Source: a virus (taxonomy: Duplodnaviria; Caudoviricetes). Taken from it: a DNA stretch of 44,301 nt. Made by a program: the position numbers and the translations under genes. The DNA lies in IMG/VR virus record IMGVR_UViG_3300029224_000129, positions 1 to 44,301 of that record, one strand, 5' to 3'. Positions 1 to 8,297 of this stretch are shown here, in pieces. A model generated the notes under the pieces. That model was not told the origin of the DNA, ran no database searches, and saw nothing but the letters and a program-made list of their open reading frames with translations. The number at the start of each line of letters is the position of its first letter. Position 1 is the stretch's first letter.

Positions 1-654
1 TTAGTGCTCTTTTAAATGCCAGTTAGAAATTATTCTTTGAAATGTCCTGCTGCTTGGTAACTCAACCTCTTTCTGGGCGCTTTTTTCGGCTACTTTTTTT
101 CGTAAATTTGTAGCGGTTATATTTGAGTTTTTAGATAGTATTTGATCGATCAGTATTGCCTGCTCTGGGTGGCAAGATACATAAGAATTTGTGCATCCTT
201 TATACTGGGGAATTAAACCATCTCGACCAGCCTCCTTGTAAGCTTTTTTCCAACTCCAAAGTGTCGATTTATTACACTTTGCAATTATGTCATACACCCA
301 ATCAGGAACGCCTTCGATCGTCTTCATCGGGAATTTCTCGGCAATAGATTCAACTACCAACCTTACCCCACCACCATTTTGGTTCTTATAGTGTTCGATG
401 GCCCCTAAAATGAGCATACGAGCATCGGCAACTGCCTGCTGTTTGGACTGATTATTTTGTTTTGAGTGATTCTGGACTGATTTAAATCTGTCTGTTCTAG
501 ACTTTTTCGCCAGTTCAGAATTATGTTTAGTCACGCTTGAAAGGACTAAATCATAGCTTTCGCGAGCAGATTGAAGCTCTGCAGATGCACGATCAAAGGT
601 CGTTTGAGCCTCTTCAAGAAACGCCCTGGCTTCTTCGATATCATCCGTCTGCAT
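1..654 (-). CDS. Coiled-coil N-terminus plus Mu-transposase-like DNA-binding (I-beta/gamma) domains, no catalytic core
   Basis: GGAG 9 nt before ATG 654; motifs KSTLWSWKKAY..GLIPQYKG and ELPSSRTFQRII resemble SSTVYNWLKA..ALAPRYAG and KLPSVKTLQRRI of the resident MuA; TAA at 1-3. Confidence 0.7.
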   Translation of the reverse strand: MQTDDIEEARAFLEEAQTTFDRASAELQSARESYDLVLSSVTKHNSELAKKSRTDRFKSVQNHSKQNNQSKQQAVADARMLILGAIEHYKNQNGGGVRLVVESIAEKFPMKTIEGVPDWVYDIIAKCNKSTLWSWKKAYKEAGRDGLIPQYKGCTNSYVSCHPEQAILIDQILSKNSNITATNLRKKVAEKSAQKEVELPSSRTFQRIISNWHLKEH

Positions 655-856
655 GGCCAACATCTCCATTTTGTTCCATCCGCCGCGACAACAATATATG
701 TCGCATAGCAACAGATGCGAGGCCCTCTATGACCGAAATTAATTGCTCACGGGAAAATCCTTTGAGACGATCTTCATTTAAAGTCTGCGTTAAAGGTGGC
801 CTTGGGTTATAAAAATTGACGACGACAACGTTGTTGTTTTGAGTATCTGAAGACAT
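641..856 (-). CDS. Small hypothetical protein directly downstream of the c4-like RNA (icd-like position)
   Basis: GGAG-AAAAAAAC-ATG at 856; RBS overlaps the c4 target site; stop overlaps the next gene's start region. Confidence 0.6.
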   Translation of the reverse strand: MSSDTQNNNVVVVNFYNPRPPLTQTLNEDRLKGFSREQLISVIEGLASVAMRHILLSRRMEQNGDVGHADG

Positions 857-864
857 GTTTTTTT

Positions 865-884
865 CTCCAATGGCAGCTTTTGAA
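865..884 (-). promoter_or_regulatory. Downstream c4 target site overlapping the RBS
   Basis: Minus strand TTCAAAAGCTGCCATTGGAG is complementary to UCCAGUGGCAG-UUUUGAA in the RNA. Confidence 0.75.
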
Positions 885-913
885 GGCTGGGTCGTTGGCA
901 ATCGGAGCCAACA

Positions 914-992
914 TCCGGGAGTTCAAAACTGCCACTGGACAGCCCTGCGACCTTTAGGCTTTCGCCCTGTACATACGTCGCAAGCTCCCGGA
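914..992 (-). ncRNA. c4-type (c4-2-like) antisense RNA
   Basis: Terminal stem UCCGGGAG/CUCCCGGA, inner stem UGCGAC/GUCGCA, GGGC-GAAA-GCCU tetraloop hairpin, antisense tract CCAGUGGCAGUUUUGAA with two cognate targets nearby. Confidence 0.8.
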
Positions 993-1066
993 CTAAACCA
1001 AATTATGAAGACAAACGCTTTTAAGTGCTTGTCAGAAATAAGGCTATCAGTTGACATGTCCGAATT

Positions 1067-1083
1067 CAGTGGTGGGTTTTGAA
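1067..1083 (-). promoter_or_regulatory. Upstream c4 target site
   Basis: Minus strand TTCAAAACCCACCACTG complementary to the antisense tract; lies just downstream of a putative -10 TATAAG (1094-1099). Confidence 0.7.
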
Positions 1084-1094
1084 GCCCAACACAC

Positions 1095-1330
1095 TTATAC
1101 ACCTGAAATAATCACCTCGCCAGCCTTCATTGATTTCTTGCCCCCACCCACGCTATAGGTCGTCTCCACGGCCTTTATATTGGCCCAGATGAACAGTTCT
1201 CTGACCTCTGGGACGTCATTTAAAGACACTATAAAAAACGGCCTTTAAGGCCCTTTAAAAGGGTTGCTAAATCTTCGCGTTTGCCGCCGATGTACGGCGC
1301 GATGGGGTTTATTTTAGGGATGGTATGCAT
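1095..1330 (-). pseudogene. Dam-like (D12 class) N6-adenine methyltransferase relic with internal deletion and frameshift
   Basis: MHTIPKINPIAPYIGGKR fused to EDLATLLKGLKGRF; after a T6 run, the other frame reads IVSLNDVPEVRELF..VETTYSVGGG..AGEVIISGV*; central motifs absent. Confidence 0.85.
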
Positions 1331-1488
1331 TAGAGAATCCGATAATACTAAGCCCGCCTGTGGCTACAGGTGGCGGGTCGGCCAGAGCTAGGCCAGTTCT
1401 GATCGAGGGCGTTATCCGCGCCCGGTTTGAGGTGTTAGAGCACCTCATCCCCCGCCCGGCCACTATGGCCGAACGGAGAGGGTTTTTG

Positions 1489-1683
1489 CTATTTTTTTGG
1501 TAGCTTTTTTGCGGCTTTAATACGGCCTGAAACCTTGATGTATTTCGGCGCATCCTTAAACCCCGGCGATAGTTTTTTTAAAGCCGCTGTCAAGGCATCG
1601 AGCTGATCTTGCAAGGCCTCATTTTGTTCGTGAACCGTAACTTCGGCGATAATTTTTTTCCGTTTTTCACTGTTGATACTCAT
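1489..1683 (-). CDS. Small hypothetical protein after the tail fibre
   Basis: TAATG stop/start coupling with the fibre gene at 1683. Confidence 0.6.
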   Translation of the reverse strand: MSINSEKRKKIIAEVTVHEQNEALQDQLDALTAALKKLSPGFKDAPKYIKVSGRIKAAKKLPKK

Positions 1684-2900
1684 TAGTCTGTCCATCCCCA
1701 TACATGTGGTTTAATACGTTGTTCTTTGCCATTGAGTGTTTTGATTTCGATGATCGGGGTTGTTCCGGTCCCCATGGCAGAAGACGCCACGGCTTCGATC
1801 CAGCGGTAAGTGCCATCAAAGTCACCCAAATCCGTAAGCGTAGCCACCTCTTTGGTCACGTTGTTGTCGTTGGAAAGGGTCACCGTTAAGTCAGTGCCTA
1901 AAACGGCGGTGCCGCTTACGTCTTTCCATAAAAATATCATGGTTTGTTCGACGGGCTGTATGTCGGGGGCGGGAATGTTCGGAGAAACAAGGGTCATGTC
2001 GGCGGGTACATCGGTCGTATAAAAAACACATTCAGAACAAGACCATGGGTTTCCTGAGGCCCCCGACATCTTAACCCAGATGTATCGGTACGGCGTGGTG
2101 GTTACAAACCCTGATAGCTTCTCGAAAATGACTTGAGAGCTGCTGCTATCAACAATCGATCCAGACCCAAGATTTGTGGCGGTGGCGGGGTCGTTTATAT
2201 TACTGCCCAACAAGCTAAATGTAATGGCGGCACCGTTCACGTTGGAAAATCCAGCATTAGTTGACGACCACAACTTTATCCCTGTAACCGTCTTGGCACC
2301 CCCCAAGCCCAGATCTTGCCCAATATGGGCGGCGGCCGCCCCGCCCAATAGAACCGCCGACGTGGCGGTGGTATATGCTGTTACGCCATCAAAAGCCGCC
2401 CCTACGCCGCCCGCATCTATCATGTCACCAATCGCCGCAGCAGGCGTGTAGATTGTTTGAGGCCCCGCATTTGTGTAAAAGTTGTCGGTCGCATCATATG
2501 TTTCGTTGGTGGATGTTGCCCCCCATTCATCGGTCAACAATTCCCATAATTGACCATTCACCCAAGCCCCGCTTGATTTTGAAGTGGAAAGCAGCATTTG
2601 CATGGTGTTCCAAGCAATCCTGCGCTTTTGTAAATCCGTTGCCCCAAGAACGACACTGGCATCAATCATGAATTGGATGGCTTGGTTAACCTGTGTGTCG
2701 TCGGCTCCATCAAGTGACATTCCACTGGCGTGGATAATATTCACAAGCTCTTCTTGAACCCGATTGCACCATTCATAACCGGGTTGTGTAGCTTGTAGGC
2801 CTATTGCCGGATCTCCTTTAGTGAAAAATCCACCCGGTCCTTCAGCAGCAGGCAGGGCGGGTTTGTCGGCAACATTTGTTGCTCTTGTGACACGTTGCAT
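1683..2900 (-). CDS. Tail fibre / receptor-binding protein with discoidin (F5/8-type)-like domain
   Basis: N-terminal Mu/P2-type fibre anchor (GFFTKGDP..AT...EWCNRVQEELVNII..SG.SLD); C-terminal AAFDG..IGQDLG..LLGSN..PYRYIWV pattern; follows gp48. Confidence 0.8.
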   Translation of the reverse strand: MQRVTRATNVADKPALPAAEGPGGFFTKGDPAIGLQATQPGYEWCNRVQEELVNIIHASGMSLDGADDTQVNQAIQFMIDASVVLGATDLQKRRIAWNTMQMLLSTSKSSGAWVNGQLWELLTDEWGATSTNETYDATDNFYTNAGPQTIYTPAAAIGDMIDAGGVGAAFDGVTAYTTATSAVLLGGAAAAHIGQDLGLGGAKTVTGIKLWSSTNAGFSNVNGAAITFSLLGSNINDPATATNLGSGSIVDSSSSQVIFEKLSGFVTTTPYRYIWVKMSGASGNPWSCSECVFYTTDVPADMTLVSPNIPAPDIQPVEQTMIFLWKDVSGTAVLGTDLTVTLSNDNNVTKEVATLTDLGDFDGTYRWIEAVASSAMGTGTTPIIEIKTLNGKEQRIKPHVWGWTD

Positions 2901-2903
2901 AAG

Positions 2904-3485
2904 TTAATCTCCTGAATATGTAAAAATGACTTGCGTATGAGCGGGTTTATCTTCGGTGATGACACATTCCAAAATTGTATTTCCCCAATCCCTCAAAGGG
3001 TCCTCACAGCTGCTTTCGCAGGTGGAATTTATGATGGTCGTAGCCGCCGCATTGGTCTGCCATACAAAAACCCAGCCTTCGTCTGTCACGGCATCTTCAC
3101 AGGTGTCTTCGCATGTAAATGGCGTGAATTCGGTGATGGTGATGACGTAACCAAGGGCCTTGGCTAGATTGATAAAATATGGTCTGGATTGACCGCCGCG
3201 TGATATCCACTTTGCATGCACCATGGCTTGACGTTCACGGATGGTATCGGCACTGGCTGAACACTTGCCGGGCAGGCCGACTTCTTTTTCCCATTCTGGC
3301 AACAGTTCAAACGCGGTGCGGGGATCTGCTTCATCAAGCAAATCCGTTGCCCGACGATGCACATCGGCCAGCATTTCTGCCCCAGCGTGGAGCAAGCCCC
3401 TTAAAACCGATCCGGTTTCCGCCACCCAAGCCGAACCGGAAGGCAAAAGCTGTATAAGTTGGGATAAATAGGCAACGGCATTCAT
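2904..3485 (-). CDS. Baseplate protein, Mu gp48 / YmfQ (DUF2313) family
   Basis: LLPSGSAW, EADPRTA.ELLPEWE, KPAHT motifs; position after baseplate J. Confidence 0.9.
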   Translation of the reverse strand: MNAVAYLSQLIQLLPSGSAWVAETGSVLRGLLHAGAEMLADVHRRATDLLDEADPRTAFELLPEWEKEVGLPGKCSASADTIRERQAMVHAKWISRGGQSRPYFINLAKALGYVITITEFTPFTCEDTCEDAVTDEGWVFVWQTNAAATTIINSTCESSCEDPLRDWGNTILECVITEDKPAHTQVIFTYSGD

Positions 3486-3495
3486 AGCTTAGCTC

Positions 3496-4557
3496 CTAAA
3501 CCCAAGTGATCGCGCCCATGGTGGCGATCTGTCCGGTTGTGTGGGTGACATCGGCTGCGGGAACGGTCAACGCATGATCGGATTCCCCGGCCGCAATCGA
3601 AATGGCTTCGCGAATATGGCTGATCAAGATGGGGCCACCGGGTACGGCTTCACGTTTAATCAAGTCGGTGAGTTCAGATTCGATGGCGTCCTTGACGGCC
3701 CCGGTTGCCGGGTTAAGGCCAGTGATAGTCAGGTTCAAGGGAACGGCAACTGGGGCCACCACATACAGGCCTTTAACGGTGACCGGGCGCACGGCATCAA
3801 TATAATCTTGAACGGTGGTTACATCGCCAGCCAAAGGGATGCCATCGGCGTAAGTATCATCCATCATAAACCGCACGGTGACGGTGCCGATTCCAAGTTC
3901 TAGGGGGTAAGCCCACGCCCGTGTAACGCCAAGGTTTTCTTTTGCCCATGTCTCATAATCAAAATCAGCACCCCCATGCGGTGGTTCTTGAATGCGTTGT
4001 TTAAGACGTGTCCGCAAACCTTCAACGGATTCTTGATCCACACCACCGACCAGCCCACCCGCCGCAACGGTGGCGGCGGAATTCACACCCGCAATCGGGC
4101 TCACCAAATTAACGGCCAGACCCGCATCGGCTAATCCGGCCGTGCCTGCCAAAATGGCCTTAACGGGCGCTGTGGCCACGCCTGCATTGATGGTGACTTC
4201 GGCGGTGGTCAGATATTCAATTCCATCGGCGCGGCGAAGCTTGGTATCTTTGGCAATGAGGGTTGTATCGGTGCCTGTAAAATCGACATTACCCGCCGCA
4301 TATCCGCCCGCTTTCGTCAATATATTCCAAATGCCAGCCCTGCGGATTAAGCCATCTTCTTCGACTGTGTCGGTGAACAATTGCAAAGCCAGCCATGCCA
4401 AAAACCCATAAAGGCCATGAACAGCGCCAGCGAACACCCGCACCAACACACCCAAAACGGTGCGGCGCAAAGAGGCATCGGCACCGGGCAGGCTGGCTTC
4501 GATTTCGGCTTCCCCCTGGGCAATTAAGTCTGGGAGTGTGGGGCGTTGAAAAGGCAT
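3496..4557 (-). CDS. Baseplate J-like wedge protein (Mu gp47)
   Basis: MPFQRPTL start, GG.DQES.E.LR.R, PPHGGA..DYE.WA, G.GTV motifs. Confidence 0.93.
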   Translation of the reverse strand: MPFQRPTLPDLIAQGEAEIEASLPGADASLRRTVLGVLVRVFAGAVHGLYGFLAWLALQLFTDTVEEDGLIRRAGIWNILTKAGGYAAGNVDFTGTDTTLIAKDTKLRRADGIEYLTTAEVTINAGVATAPVKAILAGTAGLADAGLAVNLVSPIAGVNSAATVAAGGLVGGVDQESVEGLRTRLKQRIQEPPHGGADFDYETWAKENLGVTRAWAYPLELGIGTVTVRFMMDDTYADGIPLAGDVTTVQDYIDAVRPVTVKGLYVVAPVAVPLNLTITGLNPATGAVKDAIESELTDLIKREAVPGGPILISHIREAISIAAGESDHALTVPAADVTHTTGQIATMGAITWV

Positions 4558-5033
4558 TAAACGAGGCTCCCTTGTTGTGCGTCCCAGAGATAATCAAAAC
4601 GTTGATCTGTGTCGTCTGGACGGTGGATGATAATTTCGAAAGCAAGAATGCTTTGGTGTTGGGCTTCTACGGTGATATCGATGCGGGCCGCGATGCCATC
4701 ATCGATCAACCATTGCAAAGCTTCCTGAATATAAGTGCGGGCGCGTTTGATGGTTTCGGGGATGATCTTTTCCCGCGATAACAACCACAGCCGTGATCCA
4801 ATGTGATCGTCTTGGGCGGGTGTGCCGTCGACCGTGGGCGGTACGGCATCGCCCCACCAACCGCGCCGATCCGCGCCACCATCGGGCAAGATGTCATCGG
4901 GCAAGGCACGGGCATCGGTGAACAAGGAAATGACCACGGCGGTTTCTAAACCGTCATCAATGGCCAACCCGGCACCGTCCATCACCAAATCGCCGCTAAG
5001 CGTTTCACCATTCAGGAAAAGAAGAGCGTCCAT
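4557..5033 (-). CDS. Baseplate protein Mu gp46
   Basis: LETAVVISLFTDARA, RRGWWGD, IGSRLWLL.REK, EAL.WLIDDG. Confidence 0.93.
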   Translation of the reverse strand: MDALLFLNGETLSGDLVMDGAGLAIDDGLETAVVISLFTDARALPDDILPDGGADRRGWWGDAVPPTVDGTPAQDDHIGSRLWLLSREKIIPETIKRARTYIQEALQWLIDDGIAARIDITVEAQHQSILAFEIIIHRPDDTDQRFDYLWDAQQGSLV

Positions 5034-5581
5034 CAGCTGGCCCTCACTTTTGCAGAACCGGAAACAATTTTATGAAGTCCGGCACTGGACCCACCAACGA
5101 CTTCGACTTCATCGCCAATACGGGCAACTTTTGCGCCACCTTCACCGCCCAAATTAATATCATCTGAATTAACAATGACTTTTAGGGCGTTGACGGTGAT
5201 TGGCTTGCTTGTTGTGATTTCCATGCCATCCCGCGCCAGTTTAATGACTTGGCCTTGATCGTCATGAAGGGCGACTTCACCCGCCGCTAATCCGGTCAAA
5301 CGATAACGACGATCCCCAGCCGCGATCACAACGCCGTTTGCGCGGTTTCCACCGACCGCCAAAAGAACGGCTTCGGCACCGGGATGAGGATGCGAGGTAA
5401 AACCATATTCTGTGACCCGTTCGACACCATCCAAAACCTCGCCTTTGAGCGCGGTGATTTGAACGGTCTGACATTTGGAGGAATCATCAACGGCCACCAA
5501 AACGGCGCGGCCAACCATCAACTGCACACGACGGCGCAACGGGGCTGTAAGTTTTGAAACGATGCTGGCGATATTTACCAT
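5033..5581 (-). CDS. Baseplate spike protein Mu gp45
   Basis: YGFTSHP.PGAEAV, DRRYRL.GL..GEVAL.DDQGQ motifs. Confidence 0.92.
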   Translation of the reverse strand: MVNIASIVSKLTAPLRRRVQLMVGRAVLVAVDDSSKCQTVQITALKGEVLDGVERVTEYGFTSHPHPGAEAVLLAVGGNRANGVVIAAGDRRYRLTGLAAGEVALHDDQGQVIKLARDGMEITTSKPITVNALKVIVNSDDINLGGEGGAKVARIGDEVEVVGGSSAGLHKIVSGSAKVRAS

Positions 5582-6618
5582 CCCAAATCCTCCGATGCGT
5601 CTGGTTCGGCCAAAACATCGAACGCGCCGGGCAGGCTGAGTTCGATGGACGTCAACGTGCCGTTTTCATTTAAGGTGTGGCGCACGGCGGTGATCAGCAT
5701 TTGCCCTTTAAACCGGGGGAATTCACACGGCACCAAATCACCCGGCCGCCACGGTTTGCCCGCTTGATCCAGCCAACCTTGAACTGTGGCCGTGATCCGT
5801 TTGGCCCGACTGGCCCGCACCCGTTGTTCCCACCGGGCGCGTTCTTTAAATGTTGGGCCATCGCCGGGTTCTTCGGCCAAAATAATCAACGGGCGGTGCC
5901 GTTTGACGGTGCCATCTTGAACCTTACCTTCGTCACCAGCGATATCTTCGGCGGCCATAAACCCGCCACCGGAATTTGAGCCTTTGACGATATAGTGAGA
6001 AAAGCGTTCACGAGCTGAGGCCGCTGTACTGAGTCTTTTGACGTTTCCATTTTCGCCCACTTTTAAGGCACCGGCGCTGTTTTCATTTTCCTTGGCCGTT
6101 CCGATAACCAAACCGCCGAGGCCATCCGATTGAATCAACACGGCCCGTTGACGACAGGCCCGTTCCAAACATTCAAAAACGGTTTCGCCTTCTTGGATGC
6201 GAAAGCTTTCAAACGGCTTGCCCGTGGATGAGCTGGCCGTGACGGAAATGCCAAAGGGCTTGCAAAGGTCGGTGGCGATATCTTCCAGCTTGGCCGCTTT
6301 CCATTCACCGGATTTATAGATCGCAGAACAATCCACCAAATCACCCGCCGCATCCCGGCCGCGCGCGCTCAAATCGTGATTGGTAGAGCCATAATTTTCA
6401 TCAACATCGTCAATATAGCCCGTGATGATCGGATGATCCGCCACGATAAGCTGACACGCCGCTCCGGATTCAATCGGACGTTTTGCGCCGCCACCGGGCC
6501 AGACGTCTGTGAGTTTTAAATCGAACGTGCTGGACGCCTGTTCAAGCGACCGGGTGATCGAGACTTCTTCCCAGCCTTTCCATTCGTCAGCACCGATTAA
6601 GAGGATGGCATTAGACAT
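5575..6618 (-). CDS. Baseplate hub protein Mu gpP (gp44)
   Basis: GW..VSITRSLE, GRD..GDLVDCSA, GETVFE.LER, RFS.Y.VKG. Confidence 0.92.
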   Translation of the reverse strand: MSNAILLIGADEWKGWEEVSITRSLEQASSTFDLKLTDVWPGGGAKRPIESGAACQLIVADHPIITGYIDDVDENYGSTNHDLSARGRDAAGDLVDCSAIYKSGEWKAAKLEDIATDLCKPFGISVTASSSTGKPFESFRIQEGETVFECLERACRQRAVLIQSDGLGGLVIGTAKENENSAGALKVGENGNVKRLSTAASARERFSHYIVKGSNSGGGFMAAEDIAGDEGKVQDGTVKRHRPLIILAEEPGDGPTFKERARWEQRVRASRAKRITATVQGWLDQAGKPWRPGDLVPCEFPRFKGQMLITAVRHTLNENGTLTSIELSLPGAFDVLAEPDASEDLGW

Positions 6619-7813
6619 TGACCGTCACCTCCAACGTATCGCCACCGGGAACAAAACCGGGATGTCTTACACCGTTGCGCGCCACCAAATCATCGGACAT
6701 GGTCAAGGAAAGGACGGGATCATCACCGTACAATTCATGAGCCAAAGCCAAGGCAGGGCGGGTGATGATCGGCGTGAAGGTTTTCAGGCGTGGTAATTGG
6801 GCGGCGCGGGCGTCGATGCCCTTGACGACTTCGGCGCGCAACTGGACTAAGGCCCGATAAGATGTATCCGGCGCGGTCATCATTTCGGTTTCAATGACAT
6901 CGGCGATTTCATCACGGCGTTGCAAGGCCGATGTGCGATTGGGAAAGTCTTCGCGTGCACTGACACGAGCAGATTGAATAACCGCAGTTTGCCGGATCAA
7001 GGCTGAAAAGGCATCCCGGTTGGCTTGTTGGGCAACGCGTGTGGCGGTGAGTGGGGCAATGGATATGCTGTCGTTGCCATAATCAAATAAACGATTTAAG
7101 GACCGCGCCAACTGTGTTCCTGGCAACGTCAGCGGCAAGCCAATCATATCGGCAAGTTCCGTGGCCAAAAGCATCGGATCTCGGACAATGGCCAAGGCGC
7201 GTGATTGAACATCGGCAGCCTGACTGACCCACCCGGCCAGCTTTTGTTCATCTTGGCGCAAATCGGAAAAGGCCCCTTTGATTGAATCGATGGAACTGGT
7301 GACTTGGTCGGCCCCATCATCGGCGACAAATTGCGGCAATCCATCAACATTAAAAGCCTCTTCGAAGGCCTTTTGAACAGCGTTTAAAGACGTATCGGAA
7401 GCCGCGTCGATGCGCGCCGTGGTCGCCACAGAAACGCGAGGTTCGCGCGCCTTGCCCGTTTCTTCGAAGGTCAGGTTAAAGGAAACATAGCCGCCTTCGC
7501 GGGTGGTGGTGCGGACCCTAGACGATACGCACATCACAAACATTTCGCCCTTAGTCGGATGAACCAAAGTGCCGGGGCCTTTGGCGTTGATTGCGGCTTC
7601 TAAATTCTCCGCCAAAACATCCGCATTTTCACCCCAAACATAAGCGGTGATGGTGTGCACGCGGGTCTTAAGACCTAAGTCTTCGTGATAGGCTTTATCC
7701 TGAAACGGGTATTCATGACGTTGAGACCGCCGCCCAATTTCGGCGCTGGTATCATCATAGAAAAAAGGAACGCCGCGAAACGAAGCCTCGCGAAGGTTGT
7801 CACGCCAACTCAT
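6611..7813 (-). CDS. DNA circularisation protein Mu gpN (gp43)
   Basis: MSWRDNLREASFRGVPF, GRR...HEYP..D..Y.EDLG, GPGTLVHP, RNGVRHPGFVP. Confidence 0.93.
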   Translation of the reverse strand: MSWRDNLREASFRGVPFFYDDTSAEIGRRSQRHEYPFQDKAYHEDLGLKTRVHTITAYVWGENADVLAENLEAAINAKGPGTLVHPTKGEMFVMCVSSRVRTTTREGGYVSFNLTFEETGKAREPRVSVATTARIDAASDTSLNAVQKAFEEAFNVDGLPQFVADDGADQVTSSIDSIKGAFSDLRQDEQKLAGWVSQAADVQSRALAIVRDPMLLATELADMIGLPLTLPGTQLARSLNRLFDYGNDSISIAPLTATRVAQQANRDAFSALIRQTAVIQSARVSAREDFPNRTSALQRRDEIADVIETEMMTAPDTSYRALVQLRAEVVKGIDARAAQLPRLKTFTPIITRPALALAHELYGDDPVLSLTMSDDLVARNGVRHPGFVPGGDTLEVTVNV

Positions 7814-7854
7814 TGTGCTACCCTCCAAGCTTGAGAATTGAAAGGATCGTCCTG

Positions 7855-8295
7855 ATGAGGCATTTTGCTGTTATTCTGGTTTTGCTGGTTTTGACCGCTT
7901 GCGGTGATGATTCCATCGAACTTGAATGGGGCGTGCGTGGGCAAAACGTAACCGATCAAGACCTTAAAGATGTTGGCAAAGCCGTAAACACCCTTCGCCG
8001 CGTTTGCCCCAGCCTTTTTGACCATACCGATGACATCGTCGAAGCCACGGCCACCGTTTGGCAAGCCGTTGGTTACCGTGCCGATCTGTACGGTTGGGAC
8101 CGCGAGGTGACTTTGACGCCCAGACTTTCCGAAAATGCTCAACTGCCTGTAGAGTGGTATGCGGGAGGACACACGCTGTATTATCACATTGGCATTGGTG
8201 GTCGTGCAGGCGTGGTGATGAGCAAAGATGTTTCCATGCTGATTTGCGGTCAACCCGGACAAAGTTCCGATCTTTTTGTTGCGGCTAAAGACTAA
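7855..8295 (+). CDS. Putative lipoprotein moron on the opposite strand
   Basis: AAGGA RBS; MRHFAVILVLLVLTA-C lipobox; inserted between TMP and gpN. Confidence 0.75.
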   Translation: MRHFAVILVLLVLTACGDDSIELEWGVRGQNVTDQDLKDVGKAVNTLRRVCPSLFDHTDDIVEATATVWQAVGYRADLYGWDREVTLTPRLSENAQLPVEWYAGGHTLYYHIGIGGRAGVVMSKDVSMLICGQPGQSSDLFVAAKD

Positions 8296-8297
8296 CA

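Noticed and set aside
855-1082. Plus-strand 75-aa ORF
   Set aside because: Antisense shadow of the c4 RNA cassette; no RBS or recognisable motif
1-1500. Possible prophage right end inside the window
   Set aside because: Found no TTGGC-TG junction or convincing inverted copy of the left-end 18-mer
1314-1553. 79-aa ORF at the Mu com position
   Set aside because: No CxxC..CxxC zinc finger; overlaps a better gene and a hairpin-rich leader
1683-2900. Diversity-generating retroelement or invertible fibre cassette
   Set aside because: No reverse transcriptase, template/variable repeat pair or invertase seen
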